Of a stretch of 64,000 nt of DNA, positions 24,493 to 38,084 are shown piece after piece; position 1 is the stretch's first letter, and every line of letters starts with the position of its first letter. Both the position numbers and the translations under genes were made by a program. The notes beneath the pieces were generated by a model. The model was given only the letters and a program-made list of their open reading frames with translations. It was not told the origin of the DNA and made no database searches. Source of the stretch: Euglena gracilis (Eukaryota); NCBI GenBank assembly GCA_039621445.1, contig CP154954.1, forward strand, positions 42,153,572 to 42,217,571. The letters are read 5' to 3'.

Positions 24493-26632
24493 AATTTTGG
24501 AGGGGTGAGGAGCACGAATTTTTGTCAGCATGCAATTGCTCCAACAGTCAAAAAATTGTGATGAAAAAAAAATGAAAATGACTCCACTTCAGTCATTCCG
24601 ACAGCCAAAAAAAATGTGATAAAAAACAAAACAAAAAATGAACGATGAAACACCAAGAAATCATCACCAATGCTTTATGGTCACCCAAGGAAAAATTTTC
24701 ATGAAGGAACTGATCCCAATTTTCTGCAAAAGTGAAGCAACTGTGTGGCTGGTTTGCTGGCAAAGTCAGCAGGGGGGTGGGGACTGCCAGGTGGGGGGGC
24801 GCTGCGGGGCTGCGCTGCCACTCCACCTGTGAGACAGGAATGAAACGGAAGCAATGGTGATGTCATTGGTTGCCCTAGATGCCATGCCCCCCAAATTGGT
24901 GGGGGGGGGGGCAAAAAAAGAGTAGACAGTGATATTAGAATTGCCAAAAATGAAAAATTTGCACCAAACTGCCCCAGGGTGCTAGATTGCCCCCCCCCCG
25001 CTTCGCGAATCAGGGACCCCACCGGGAGGACTGGGAGGGAAAAAATGAGGGAAAAATCAGCAGAATGTTGCAAAAAATCACACAAATGGATGAAAGTAAA
25101 AATTGGTGTAGGAAATGCGCCAAATCCCCATTTTTTTAAAAAAGGCCAAAAGAAAGTGTTCAATCTGAAGACGACAAGTCAATCTGTAAGGAATCCAAAG
25201 ACGACAACAAGGTCCAGCACTCCACTACAGCATTGCCACTGTCACCACCACTGTCATTGTCACTGCACTGCCGCTGCCTGCACTGTCATGAAGACGGCTC
25301 CCCATCCCCGATCCAGTACACCACAACCCCCTTTCCAAACGAGCCATTTTGTGAGCCAAAATGACGCCACCCCCAAAACCCAAAACCTCCAACACTCAAA
25401 AGATCAAGAAAGATGTTTTGAATACGTTGAAAAAGAAAGACCAAATTAACACTTTGAAGGCGCATCGAAAACCATCATGGTAAACTGTGTTGTTCTGGTG
25501 AACTTCAAAGAAGAGACAGGTCCACCCCCCAGACTAACCAAGTTGGGTCTGGCTTTTTCGAGACATTCACCTTGGATAATTCGTTCCCATGACTGGGAAC
25601 TGGGCAGAGAAAGTTGCAAGGAAAGTGCTGGAATCCCCCGGTGCCACCCATCGCTGGATTCTGCTTGATGATTTGCCTTAAATCAGTGGCTCTGACTGTT
25701 CAGAGGGTTTCGCAACAAAACTGAAGGGCATCACGCAACTTCAGACATGTGCCACAAAAAGGCCTTCAGGTGGTGATTTATCGATTGTATTTCCTTGACT
25801 GGACGAAATCTATGAAGATTTCAAACTGAGCCGCGCTGCTCTTCTTCCGTTGGGGTGGAACATGTCACAAAATTGTGGAGAGGCAAATCACTATGCGCTG
25901 CAGTAGCAGTGCCGTGCCATGCAGTGGAGCGGGAGTGCCATAACAATGAACTGGCAGCAGCAATGCAGTGGGTTTTCAGTGGTTTTCGTTTCAAAACGAG
26001 GAATGACAGTGGTGGTGCAGCGCAATGGCACTGGCAGTGCAGTGCAGTGGCAATTCAGAATGGACTTGCCAACAACTGGTGGTGTCAGCTGGAAATTCCA
26101 AAATGCAAGTTCTTGCTGTTTCATGCCGGCTTTATGATGGTTGGGGATCTCTTGCGCTGATCAAGGGCAACCAGGACAACCTCAATTTTTTTGCAATAAA
26201 AAATTCACGGAGACAAACAAATTCAAAGTGACAAACAAAGCAAGAGCACACCAGCAGAGTGTTGTTCAAGATGAAGAAGAGGAAAAAATATCCCATGGCT
26301 TGATTGCGTAGTGCCAAATTCTGTTCGCGTAGTAAACGTAGAGCGATCCTCGGGCCTACCCAGAGAGCAGTTCTGATATCAATTCTGATGAATTAGGAAT
26401 ACCGAGATTCGTGTTCCGCGATTTTAGCGAGCCCCCGGCCCGAAACCTACATAAGAGGAGATCCAAGAAAGCATCAAGCAAGAAACAAACAAGCACAGTA
26501 TGAAACAGATCAAGATACAGTGCCGCGGACACTTTGACACTTCTTGAGTCCTCCAGACCACCAACAGTGTCCCTTCATCCAAATATATAACGTCCTCGTA
26601 CCATGACTACCTGAACTATCTTCTATGTTCAC

Positions 26633-26974
26633 TCACAACAGTTAGCTGAATTCGCGGCTTTTGACGCCGCTACACGTCTTGCTGCTCGCTTGGGTTGGAA
26701 TGCTCTGACATATGTCGGGGACAACATGGGCACTTGTTGGCTGGCCACACACCTGAGGCCCGCACTTTCTAACAAACCACTCTCGGACATGGCGCGCAAG
26801 ATCTTAAACCGGTGCTTGTGGTCTCGATTACAGGTACACGTGATTCAATGCCCCACACACATACAGCCCGCCTACCCCCTGTCTCGAACCATCCCCACTT
26901 CCATCGCTCAAGTAATCCAGGCCGTCGCTGCCGCGCACGACCTGTGGGACAAACTATGCCACCAACCGAACTAG
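26633..26974 (+). pseudogene. Retroelement RNase H remnant, DIRS/tyrosine-recombinase type
   Basis: SQQLAEFAAFDAA...TYVGDNMG...VHVIQCPTHIQPAYPLSR matches the AE..A / DN / N-P-A-D-x-L-S-R pattern, with the last Asp replaced by Tyr. Confidence 0.65.
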
Positions 26975-27399
26975 CTCTGGCTCATTGAGTAAACCCCCCA
27001 AATAATACCCCCCGGGGTATTATTTTTTCGCCCGAAGTCCCGGCCCGAGGGGGGGTATTATTTTCCCAAAATTTTCGAAATATTTTGAAGTCCCTTAAAA
27101 CCCAAAATAGCACCCAAAACCGCCCTTTGGGGTCATTTTTTTGCACTTTCTTGTGAAATTTACCTTTTTTTGGAGGTCAGATGAGCCAGAAAAATCCATT
27201 TTTTTCATAATTTGTTGTCAGAAATTGTGATTTTTACCTATATTTTTAGGTCAAAAATCCGGGCCTTCGGCCCGAAACCATGGGGGGGGGGTATTATTTC
27301 GGCGGCCGAATTCGGACCCCAAGGGCCAAAATTGGCTTGTGTAGCTGAACCAAAAAAAAATGCGTCACTTGGGGTCTAGGCATGCACCATCCGGGGAGA

Positions 27400-27960
27400 G
27401 AAGGTCTTCACATTGCCAAAACGAAAGTAGTCCCGTGGAGCCCAGGGAGTGGCATTGTCCTACTTGGAACACCGGCAACATACCCACAAGCCACAAAAAA
27501 TGAATTTTTGAAGACATTCTGGGCAGCCAAACGGCTTGAACTGAGATGTTTGCTGCGCCGAATTTCTGTTCTGGGGCACTCTCAGTATGAACATTGCTTA
27601 CTCAGGTATGTCGCATCATGCACTTGCTCCAAACCACAGATACCACACACGTTCAACAAACACTACGCGACATTAATCATGGCCTATCGGAGGCCGTTGA
27701 GAATATGATCGGATGCTCATTACCTGAAGATCAAGCAGAACAAGTCTTCTTGCCAACAAAACTGGCTGGACTTGGCATCAAGTCACCCCTTCACCATCAG
27801 CATGTGGCGCGACTCTGCTGTATTGCCAGCTATGTGCACAACAAAAACCAATATCACAGCGCATTTCCTGGTAACATGGCAGAAAAGCAATTTCAACATC
27901 ATGTCACAACACTACGGGCATACCTTGGACAAGAAGTACAACCGCTGAAGGATTGGTCAC
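27400..27960 (+). pseudogene. Non-LTR retrotransposon RT thumb / C-terminal remnant (CRE/SLACS-like), frameshifted
   Basis: GIVLLGTP ... HCLLRY /frameshift/ CRIMHLLQT ... QVFLPTKLAGLGIKS (LP..GGLG motif) across ORFs 27382-27708 and 27594-28031. Confidence 0.7.
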
Positions 27961-29636
27961 ACAACCCTGCAATAGTTGGCGGACCGGCCGCTGCAGCTTC
28001 CGTTGCCAATTACTGCTGCTGTTGTATATAGCGGACTACACAGCGCGGATTCACAAATTCAGCATCAAAATAGCGCAAACCGCTCTCTAACTGTTCTGAT
28101 GTTTTCCACTGCAGGCTCCCTCTCTGTACCTATGGTTTCAATTCAAGATTGCGCTTGCTGAACCAAGTCCAAGGTCAAATTGCATCAATTTTCAAGGAAT
28201 TCAAAAAAAGGCGCTGGAACCAAGAAAGTGCAAAAGTCCAAGAATATCAAAAATCCCAAGGGCGGAGCAAGCAAAAGATCAAAAGATTGGCTATCTGCTG
28301 GCGCTGGAGGAGCAGTACAAGCAAAAAAGGTGTTGGTGCTGGGGTACAAGAAGCTCAAGGGACGCCAAGCCGGACTCCCCCCTCCAACCACTCCCAAAAA
28401 AAAGGAGGGCCTTCGGTCCCCGGGAAACAAATCCTGCGTGGGAAGGGGAGTATCCCGAACCTACCCCTCTCCCCAAAGCCCATCGCGCCTACCCCCCACC
28501 CCGCCGGTACCCCCTCACGGACCCCCGGTGGCAGCTTCAAAAATTTTATAAATTAAACTGGGTGTTTCTGGGTTTTTCCCTTGAAATGAGTACCCCCCCC
28601 CAAATAGAGGGGGGGTCACGTTAGGGGGTGGGGAGTCCTCAAGCCCCCCCCCCAATTGTCCACCCCCCATGTCTCACCCCCCTCCACCCTTCAGGCACAA
28701 AAAAAGTGGCCGGCCCAGGGAAGCGGACATTTTGGGGGGGGGGTCAAATTTGCTTTCGGCGCCTTCGGTGTCGCAAATTTCCACTTTCTTTGAGGGGGCA
28801 ATTTTGGCAAACCGTTTTGGTCAATTTGGGGGGGGGGGCACTGAGAGGGGGGTGAGGCATTTCCCCCTGTGCATGTGACGATTCTTTCCGCACCTTCTGC
28901 AGATTCAATTTCAAGAAAAGAGGATTTATTGAGGTTGAGATTTACCAGTGGAACCTGATTTTGAAGATTTGGATGATGATTGCTACGAAGGTGATGTCTC
29001 TTACGAGGTCAAAAATGGCACTATTGAGTGTTTTTTGATTCAGCAAGGGAAAGCACGAGGTTTGACAGAAATTGAAACAATGGCCAATTTTGCTTTTAAT
29101 GGGGGGTGTTCCCCCCGCAACCCCCCCGCAACCCCCCCCGCAACCCCCCCGCAACCCGACTGGAGGCCCAGTTCTGGGAAAATTTCTTTCGGGTGGGAGA
29201 TGCCTAATTTTGGTTAAAATATAGTTGTCGTGCACATTTTTGGCTCCAATCAGGGCAAATGGGTCAAAATTTTGGGTTGGCGATGCCCAATTTGGAACCG
29301 AAATCCTAATTTGATGTGTGGGAATGCCTAATTTTTGGTGGCATCATCCAAATTTTGCGACTTGGTGATTCCTAATTTTGACCTGGAAAAATCGGTTTTT
29401 CCCCCGCAACCCCCCCCGCAACCCCCCCGCAACCCCCCCCGCAACCCGCCTCACCCCCGTGGGGTTTTTTTTGAACCCCACTTTATTTTTTTTGCCAATC
29501 AACGGAACCAAAATCTTGTGGTTACCCAAAGGTAGAAAAGGTGTTGGAGGATGCAAAAGGAAAACGGCAGATCGATGAACATCATAACAGTATGGTATCA
29601 TGTTATGTCTGGTAGCATTCTGTTTGTATGCTATCA

Positions 29637-30230
29637 TACCCCCCCCCCCTTATTGTCCCCCCCCCTTATCATAGTGGGCCGGCCTGTTTTTTTTGACGTT
29701 GTTTTTTTTTTGTTTTTTTTAATTCTAACAATGTTTTTTTAAGAAAAACAAAAAAACGCCCAGTGGGTTTTGCATGGAAAATTTTTTGAATGCACATTTT
29801 CAATGATTTTTGGCAACTTCTGGGTAATTTCTGCCAAAAACATCCTTCCACAAAAATGAAAAAAGTCATAAAGTTCCATTTTTGTTGCATTTTTGGATGT
29901 TTTTGACCATTTTTGGCAGTTTTGAACTTAGTAGGATTCAAAGTATGGTTTGGGAGTTTCATAACGAGTTTTTTCAATGAAATTTTCCTTTTGTTTTTTT
30001 TGATGTTTTTTTTACTGTTTTTTTTTAAGAAAAACACGTTGTTTTGTTTTTTTTAAAAAAAAACAAAAAAAATGCCCACTATGCCCCTTATTGTCCCTGG
30101 GCCCCGGCCGACGGGGGATTTTTTGGCCCGGCCAATGAAAATTCCTTTGGTACCCCCTTATTGTCCCCCCCCCCTTGTTGTCCGGTCGGGCCTCCCGGGG
30201 AGAAGTGGGTGGACAATAAGGGGGGGGGTA
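29637..30230. mobile_element. TA-flanked MITE (TACCCCCCCCTTATTGTCC family)
   Basis: Inverted ends TACCCC..TATTGTCC / GGACAATAAGGGGGGGGGTA; related copy at ~31247-31590. Confidence 0.7.
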
Positions 30231-33220
30231 TTGGATCATTTTTCAGATGTGAGATTGAGGCAAGCGTTCCAGGAAAAGCCGCCCGAAATTTGCACCGGAA
30301 AATTGCCGAAATTTCGCTGTTCGGGGGTGTTGACCAGCAGTTTTTCCAGCAATAATCGGGTTTCTGGGGCCCGGGAGCCCAGCTAACCCGCTCCCGGAGG
30401 CTAGTCGCATTTATTGGCAACCCTCCTTTTCTTGGGATTGAGGCAATCTGGCCCCGAAAATCACGCCCCCACGCCTCGATTTCACAGATAAAAAATTGTT
30501 AAAATTTTGCAATTCGGGGGGGGGGGTTGAGCAGTTGTATTCCCCCTCCCCAAATAGCAAAATTTTGACAATTTTTTGGGCGTCCGTCGGGGAGTGGTGT
30601 GTGCAAGACTGGGCATTCAATTCGCTCGTGAAAATTTTCCATCGTGAAATTTATGGCCGGCCGTTGAAAATTTCACGCATTTTTTTCAAAAATTTCATTC
30701 GTACTTAGTATGGAAGACGTATTTTCCTTCGTTTGCCCTATTGCACGGAACGAAGATTTGATTTTCTGAAAAAATAAAAAATCGTGAAATTTGCCCAGTC
30801 TTGGGTGTGTGCCAAACCGTGTCACCTGCCCCCCGGGACCAGGTCAGTTGGGTTCCCCACCCCCCAAAACCCCAGAGTCACCTGAACCGCTGCTGGTCAA
30901 CATCCCACAATGGCAAAATTATGGCAATTTTTTGGTGTAAATCGGGGCCGATTGTTCGCTGCACGACCACTATCCCCCCAAACGTCAGGGTCAGATTTTT
31001 TTTCGTGAAGGGTCAGGTCCCGGGGGCTGTTCTGGCACCCCACATTTCCTTCAACCTGGCCCTGAAAATCACGTCCCCCGACCCGATCGACAGCCTCAAA
31101 ATTGTCAAAGTTCTGCAATTCGGGGGGTTGAGCAACCGTTTTCCCACCTCGAAAGGCAAAATTTTGATAACCTTTGGGTGTTAATCGGGGCTGGGGGGGG
31201 GGGTCCCGGAAACCCTCCTCCTCATCTGCCTCGTTGAAGTTAGCTTACCCCCCTTATTGGCCCCCCCGCCTATTGTCCCTGGGCCCTGGCCGATGGGGGG
31301 TTTTTTGGCTCGGCCAATGAAATTCCTTTGGTTGTCCCTCGTGGTTCGGGACGCGGGGGGGGACGGGGGGGGGGGGACTGTGGCCCAACTGCCCCCATAT
31401 GTTTTCCTTGGAGTCGCCCAAATTTGCATGTAATTTTCCTTTGGTTGACCAAAAAATGTGCCTGGCCAGAGTCCGGGACGTGGGGGGGACGCGGGGGGGG
31501 GGGACGCGGGGGGGACACAGGGGGAACACCCCCTTATTGTCCGATCGGGCCTCCCGGGGGCAGGTCAGTGGGACAAAAAGGGGGGGGGTAACTAACTTTA
31601 TTTCACCACCTCACCCCCCCCCCCCTCAAGGTGGCCACCCTCCAGGCATCGTGGGACCCAAATGGCCACTCCGGGGGGGGGGACACTTTGGAGTGAAGTT
31701 ACCTTAACTTCACTTGTGAAGTTGACTTCGCTGGTGAAGTTACACCTAACACTCACAATTTTGGGACGTCCCGCCAAAATTGTTGGCCACTTTTGCCACA
31801 ATTTTGGGCTCTTTTGCCAAAACGCCTGGGACCTTTCGCCAAAATTTTTGGGACCGTTGCCGAATTTTTGGGATTCCATTGCAGGGATTTTGGTACTCGG
31901 CGGTCAAAATTTTTGGGACTTTTTGCAAAAGCTCTCTGAATCCAACAAATCACTCTCCGAACAAACCATTGCAACCCCACGGCTCTTCCAAGCAACACAG
32001 CTGATGTAAATCATACCCAGTGTTCGGGGGAACACCACATTTTTTTCACCGAACCCAAGATATGGAACTTATTTTCCATATCTTGGACACCATCTTGGAC
32101 ACCAAATTAGGAACTGGCCGAGAAAGAGGTGCTGCCTGGACCCCCCCCCCCAGGGGGTGGCAGGGATGATCAATTGACCGCCAGCGCAGGGAAGTGAATT
32201 ACCGCGGTCAACTGGGCCTCAGGTTGATTACCTTTTCGGGGCCAGACTGCCTCAATGCCAGGAAATGGGGGGGGGGGTGCCAAAAAGTACGACCAGCAAA
32301 TATGGTCGCACTGGTGAGATGACGGTCTTCATCGCAAAGTCCCCGTGACTCGGCACCTGACACACAAAGTACACGAGCTCCGACTGCGGAACAAGGCGCA
32401 GCTGCGTCCAGTTCCACAGTCACGCCAGCAGTGGTTCCGGGTATAATGGATTTTGGGGGGAGCAGACAATATCACATGTGTCGGTGTGTGTACAACGACA
32501 TGACTTGTTGCAGGTGGTGGTGCTGCTTCGACCACAGTCGATTTGGGTGTTGTCACCACTTCAGGTGTTTGTACAGGTAGTTGTTTCCGTGAAGACCCCC
32601 CGAATTACGAAACATTGGCAATTTTCCGGTGTAAACCGGGGTGGGCGGGGGGGGGGGAGTGGGGCGTGATTTTCAGGGCCAGATTGCCTCAATGCCAGGA
32701 AATAGGTGGTGCCAAAGAGCGCAACCAGCCCTTGGTACCAGATCGGCTTGATTCCCCGCTCTCAGAAACCGCATTAATGCCAGGACACTTGCGACTTCAA
32801 CTTCCCACAATAACGAAATTTTTGGCAATTTTTCGGTGCCAATTGCGGCAACCAAACCGGATCTTATAAACCCCGGGGGTTTACAAATAGGGGTGGGGTA
32901 TACCTTAGGGAGTGGGGGGATGATACTCAGAAAATGTATATCTCAGGTAGGCTATTACCCTACAGAACAATCCTCGCAGGTCGCATGTCAATAAAATTTC
33001 AAAAAAAAACAAACCACGGGCTGTGACAGCTTTGGGGTTTCTGCCCTGTTACTGGCCAATTGTTGTGGCCCAAGGGGTGGTTATAAGATTGGGGGGGGGG
33101 GGCAGGTGTCACTCCCAAAATGGTGAGAGTTCTGCACAGAAAGGGAAAACAAAACGCAGCCGAAGGGGGGAAATGCCTGTGTCTGGGGAGAATGGATGAA
33201 GACCAGTGCCTCCGGGATCT

Positions 33221-33565
33221 GTTAAAAACGTGTTCAGCCCGCCAAATGCCTGCCCTGAAATTCGTGGTCATGAACACGTTTTCTATGAGGGCATTTGTGG
33301 CAATGACACGTTTTCAGTGAAGGCATCTGTGTTCAGGCACGTTTTCAATGAGGACGCAGTTTTTTGGGTCCGAATTTCACAAAATCGCGTTTTTGACCCC
33401 TTGCGTGAATCATGACCACGAATTTCAGGGCAGGCATTTGGCGGGCTCTGAACACGTTTTTAAACAAATTGTGGCTGAGCCCAGATTTCCGCCTGAAAAC
33501 GTGTTCAGGGGGCCCCCTGGCTGAACACGTTTTCAGGCTGAAATCTGGGCTCAGCCACAATTTGT
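33221..33565. repeat. Two adjacent foldback inverted repeats
   Basis: ~50-bp arms at 33221-33273 / 33410-33464, plus a ~100-bp hairpin at 33463-33565, built around AACACGTTTTC motifs. Confidence 0.85.
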
Positions 33566-34305
33566 GTATAGAAAGACATCAGGTGCCACTTCCACATTGT
33601 TGACAAATCCCTGAGAGAAACAGGCAAAAACGGCAGTTGAACCTCCAAAGCAACTGTCACCTGGCACGTCGACTGCCCTGGCAACTTCCCACAAAGGCGC
33701 AGTTCCAAAAAAAAACTACAATTATGCCAAAGAATAGATTTTTTGACCCCGAAACCCCCCAAAAAACACAAAAACAGCAACGTGCATCTGCGTCGGGAAA
33801 GAAAAATTTTCTGGTAATTTTGAGGGGGGTTCTGGACCTCCCCCCCACCCACCCTGAGAAGGGGTTGGGGCTGGTTGCCCCTTAACGCTCGCTTAGTACC
33901 ATGGGGTTGGCTGGATGCAGGAACTGCATCGACTTTCGGCAGGCCACACTGTCACGTCTTCTGGCGGGGGCACCGCAGCAGCACGGCGGGATCCTTCGCC
34001 CGCTGCGCTGCGCTGCGTCCCGCTGCGCGGCGGCCCTGAGCTGCGGCCGGGGCCCGCTTCGGCCGCTCCGGCAGCCGGCGGTGGCGCCGCTGCCGCCTGG
34101 CAACCCCAATGGATGTCCCATGGAACACAACACCGCACAAAAGTAACACAAAACGGGGTAATGAAACCCGGCAAACCTGCCTAACCTTCAGGGGGGGAGC
34201 GGTTGCTCCAACGCACAAACCACCATGCGACCGGCATCAGCAGGGTCATCAGGATGGGTCGGTTCGCAGTGTTTTGGCCGCACCGGCCATTTGCTCGTTT
34301 CAGAT

Positions 34306-34490
34306 GCACTAGCAGCCATTTGCTGCACTAGCAGCCATTTGCTGCACTAGCAGCCATTTGCTGCACCAGCAGCCATTTGCTTGCTTCGGCCTCGCCGGCG
34401 GCCATTTGCTTGCTTCAACCTCGCCGACGGCCATTTGCTTGCTTCGGCCGCACTAGCAGCCATTTGCTCCACCGGTGGCCATTTGCTCGC
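34306..34490. repeat. 19-bp tandem repeat GCACTAGCAGCCATTTGCT (4 copies) decaying into longer variants
   Basis: Directly visible. Confidence 0.85.
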
Positions 34491-37032
34491 TTCGGCAACA
34501 CTGGGCCACGTCACTTCAGTCACCTTGAGCCAAGTTACAAGTGCCTGGCCGGGACATCATACGCCTGGTGGTGGCAGTATGTGGGCCCATTGGCACCCTG
34601 GCAGAAAAACCCCAGGCTGAAACTCTGGGAAATACCGGAACGGCAGTGCCAAAATTTGGGGGAAAACAAACAGTGCCAGAAAAATGCAGAAACCACAAAG
34701 CAAAATTGCTGGAGGGCACCCTCCCCGCCAGCCAGCTCAAATCCAGCCAGCAGCCCAAATTCGGGCTGGGAGCCCCCTCAGGGGGGGGTCGAGTGAAATA
34801 AAGTTGGGTCCAGCCCGGCCTCTGGCCGGGCTAGCCGCCCGCTAGCTGGCCAGCCAACTGGGCTGCCCAGCTCACCTATCTATGCATCTCCCCCCCCCAT
34901 CACAGCTTCCTCCATCTCAGCCCCCAGCCTTGATCCAGGTCCATCCATCCAAAAATGTGTTAAAAAAATTTGGTTTTCAGCGACCCAGCCCAGCCAGCCC
35001 GCTCCAGCCCCGGACCCCCCTGGATCACAAAATTGTTATTTATACACATGTATGTTATTCTTAATAGTATGGGGGTGTCCCCCCCGCGTCCCCCCCGCGT
35101 CCCCCCCCCGCGTCCCCCCCGCGTCCCGGATTTTGGCCGGGCATGTTTTTTTGGTTGACCAAAGGAAAATTACATGCAAATTTGGGTGACGCCAAAGAAA
35201 ACGTGTGGGGTGGTTGGGCCATGGTTCCCCCCCGCGTCCCCCCCGCGTCCCCCCCCCGCGTCCCCCCCCGCGTCCCGAACCACCCCCTATAAAACTTTTA
35301 TATAATACACATAATATTTTAATTAAATTAATAATTACAATTGGGGGTGCTGGGAGGGAGTACCAGGGGTGGGGGGTTGGTGCTTGAAAAAAAACTTGCG
35401 AAAAATTTCTATTATGTTGGCGGGATTTTTTGGAGGGGGTTATGAAAACGGTTACCTTCGCCGTTTGCATGTGTTGCCGGGGTGCTGGGAGGGAATATCA
35501 GGGATGGGAGAGGACGGTGCTCAAAAAAACCTTGAAAAAAGGAAATTTTTGGCGGGCGACCATTAAGGGGGGGTGACCCATGGACCATTGTAAATGCAGG
35601 GTAAATTGAGTACCCCCCCCCCCCCTAATTGTCACCCCTCCCTAACAGTCGCCAGGGGGGGTCAAAACGTTCCCGGGGGGGTGCCAAGGGGGGGTCACGT
35701 TATTTCCATGGCCCGAAGCCCTTCTTGAAAATCGACTGATATTACCATCCCCCCCCCCCCGAGTTAGTCACCCCCCCCCCTGTTGGTCACCTTTGGGCCC
35801 CCGGGCAAAAGGTTTTTTTTGAAGGGATATATTTTTCTTTGAAAAAAAAGCCGAATTCGGCCGTCGCAATTTTTTTTTTTTGCAGGTTGCCATCCATGAA
35901 ATGGGCCCTGGAATGCCAAAAACAACCTTGAAACCCCCTAGGGTTTGGGTGGGGGAGGGCAAAATTTGGGCATAAATTGCCCCCACCCCCCGAGTTAGTC
36001 ACCCCCCCCCCCTATTGGTCACTCTGGCCGAATTTCCCTTCCAGGGGGGTGACTAACTCGGGGGGGGGGGGGAGGGCACGGTGATAGATTTTAGCAGGGG
36101 CGCCCGTGACAATGACAATTTTCAAGCCAGGCGTTCTTATTATAAAACGATTTTTGAAGAGGCTCAGTTTTCTTGCAGTTGGGAGATAGGCAGCTGGTAA
36201 ACTGATGGAATAGATTACTACCCCCCTCACCCCCCTCAGAGTGGCCAAGAATTTTTGGCAAATTTGGTGCCCCCCCCCAAAGTGGTTATTTTCTTCTGGC
36301 GCCGAAGGCGCCAAAGCCCAAAAACTGACCCCCCTCCCAAAGTGTCCCCTCCCCCAGAGTGGCCGTTTTGGGGTGCCGTGGTGCCCAGAGGGGCGGGTGA
36401 GGGTATGTGAATCAGAACTTGTAGATGCATTTGTACGCACAGTGTGTGTAGGGATTAGCGTCCCAAAGCTCAACAAGAGCTAGGAAAAGAACCTCCGCAC
36501 GCAACCCAGTTTGAAACACAAAAATGAGGAGGTTCCAATGCTGGTTTTCCAACGGATTCTTGGAATTGAATTGTGTCGACAATGACAACAATTCACACAA
36601 AATCCCAGAGCCCTCTTTTTGAGTAGATGATCACCTTGTGAGCGTTCTCTTCAAAGCGGGTGGGATGAATTCATTCAGCAAAGGAAATTGCCTGGGTGCT
36701 GAGGCCACAAGGGCAACATCCGGGACCCTTTGGTTGCACACTCGCATCAAGGCGTTTACATAATTTCGCCAAGAGCCGACGTCTCTCGCACTGACACATT
36801 TTGTTCCTCATGTTGTTTGTTGCAAGCCTCAGGCTTCCTGCTCATCAAACAAAAAAAACTGCCTGAATGCAACGACGTCCCCACGCATGCAAAAACTCAT
36901 CAATTGATGCATATTTCACACCCAGTTGGTCGCAAAGATCAACGAAGGACAAAAAAAATGAGCCAAACTGGCTGGCTGCACGTTCTGAGAACCTAGAGTT
37001 TTGGGAGGGGGTCAGGTCATGGGGACACAGGG

Positions 37033-37083
37033 GGGTTAGGGTTAGGGTTACCCTAACCCTAACCCTAACCCAAACCCTAACCC
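37033..37083. repeat. Interstitial telomere-type repeats in head-to-head orientation
   Basis: (GGGTTA)3 directly followed by ~5 CCCTAA units. Confidence 0.85.
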
Positions 37084-38084
37084 ATAGCCCTTGAAAAAAT
37101 CCCTGTTTGGAGGCCAGGAAAAGTGCACTAAGTCCATGGTCTTAGTGGTCAGGTTCCACCCGTTGGGTACTGAAGCAGGGTTGACGTTTTTTTGTTTTTT
37201 TCAAAAAAAACGTGTGTTTTTATTAAAGAAACGCCAAAAACCATGTTTTTTTAAAAAAAAAAAGCAAAAATTGACCTTTTTCTTTGGGAAATGGCCATTT
37301 TTTGAGGAAAATTTTTTCGGGGGTGGTTCAGGTCACGGGAAGGGGGTCACGGGGATACTTTCACACATAGAAAAACCTTTAGAGGGGGTGTTCCCCCGTG
37401 ACCCACCCCCCGACCCGACCTAAGACCCTTTTCGGCCAATTTTGAAAAAAAAATTTTGGCCGGTGATGCCTAATTTGACAAAATATTCAGGTAGATTCCC
37501 AATTTTGAGGCATAAATTTTGCAAATTTTGGAATGTGATGCCTAATCTGGTGTCAAAGTACCAATTTAGGTTGGGGGATTCCTAATTTGGCGCCTAAAAA
37601 GGATTTTTTTCCCAAAAATTTGTTTTCGGTGATTCCTGGTTTGGCCACCGAAAAAATCTGTGTTTTTTGGGCAAAAAATCATGCTTTCAACCCCCCCCAA
37701 AAAAACAAAAAAATGAATCCTGCAGGGATAAAAAATGCACTTTATTCTAAAAAAAACATTTTTTCACCCAAACCCTCCATGATGCTTTTTTTTTTACTTT
37801 TTCAGAAAAACAAACCGTCAACCTTGTACTTGAGGGGACCAAAAGGAGATTTTTGACTCTTTTGTGGCCACTTTTGGCCTTTTGTTGGCTCACAATTTCT
37901 TCGGACATCGAAACCACCTTTAAGGAACCCCTTGGGACATTTTTTTGGAAACCCAACTATAAGAAACGGGTCTCTCACAGGTGGGGTGGGTCATCTCACA
38001 GTCTGTTGCATTTGTGAGGCATGTTCTCAAAATTTTTTTTGATGTTTTAGGACTTCAAACATAACAAAAACAAACAAAGGAATA

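Noticed and set aside
22620-24515. Long ORFs in other frames of the 24-bp repeat ((LGLVEGLW)n, (GSGSGLSR)n, (EPEPLDKP)n and the 580-aa ORF)
   Set aside because: Open only because the repeat unit lacks stops; the SPSQSPST frame is the one that splices in frame to the downstream exons.
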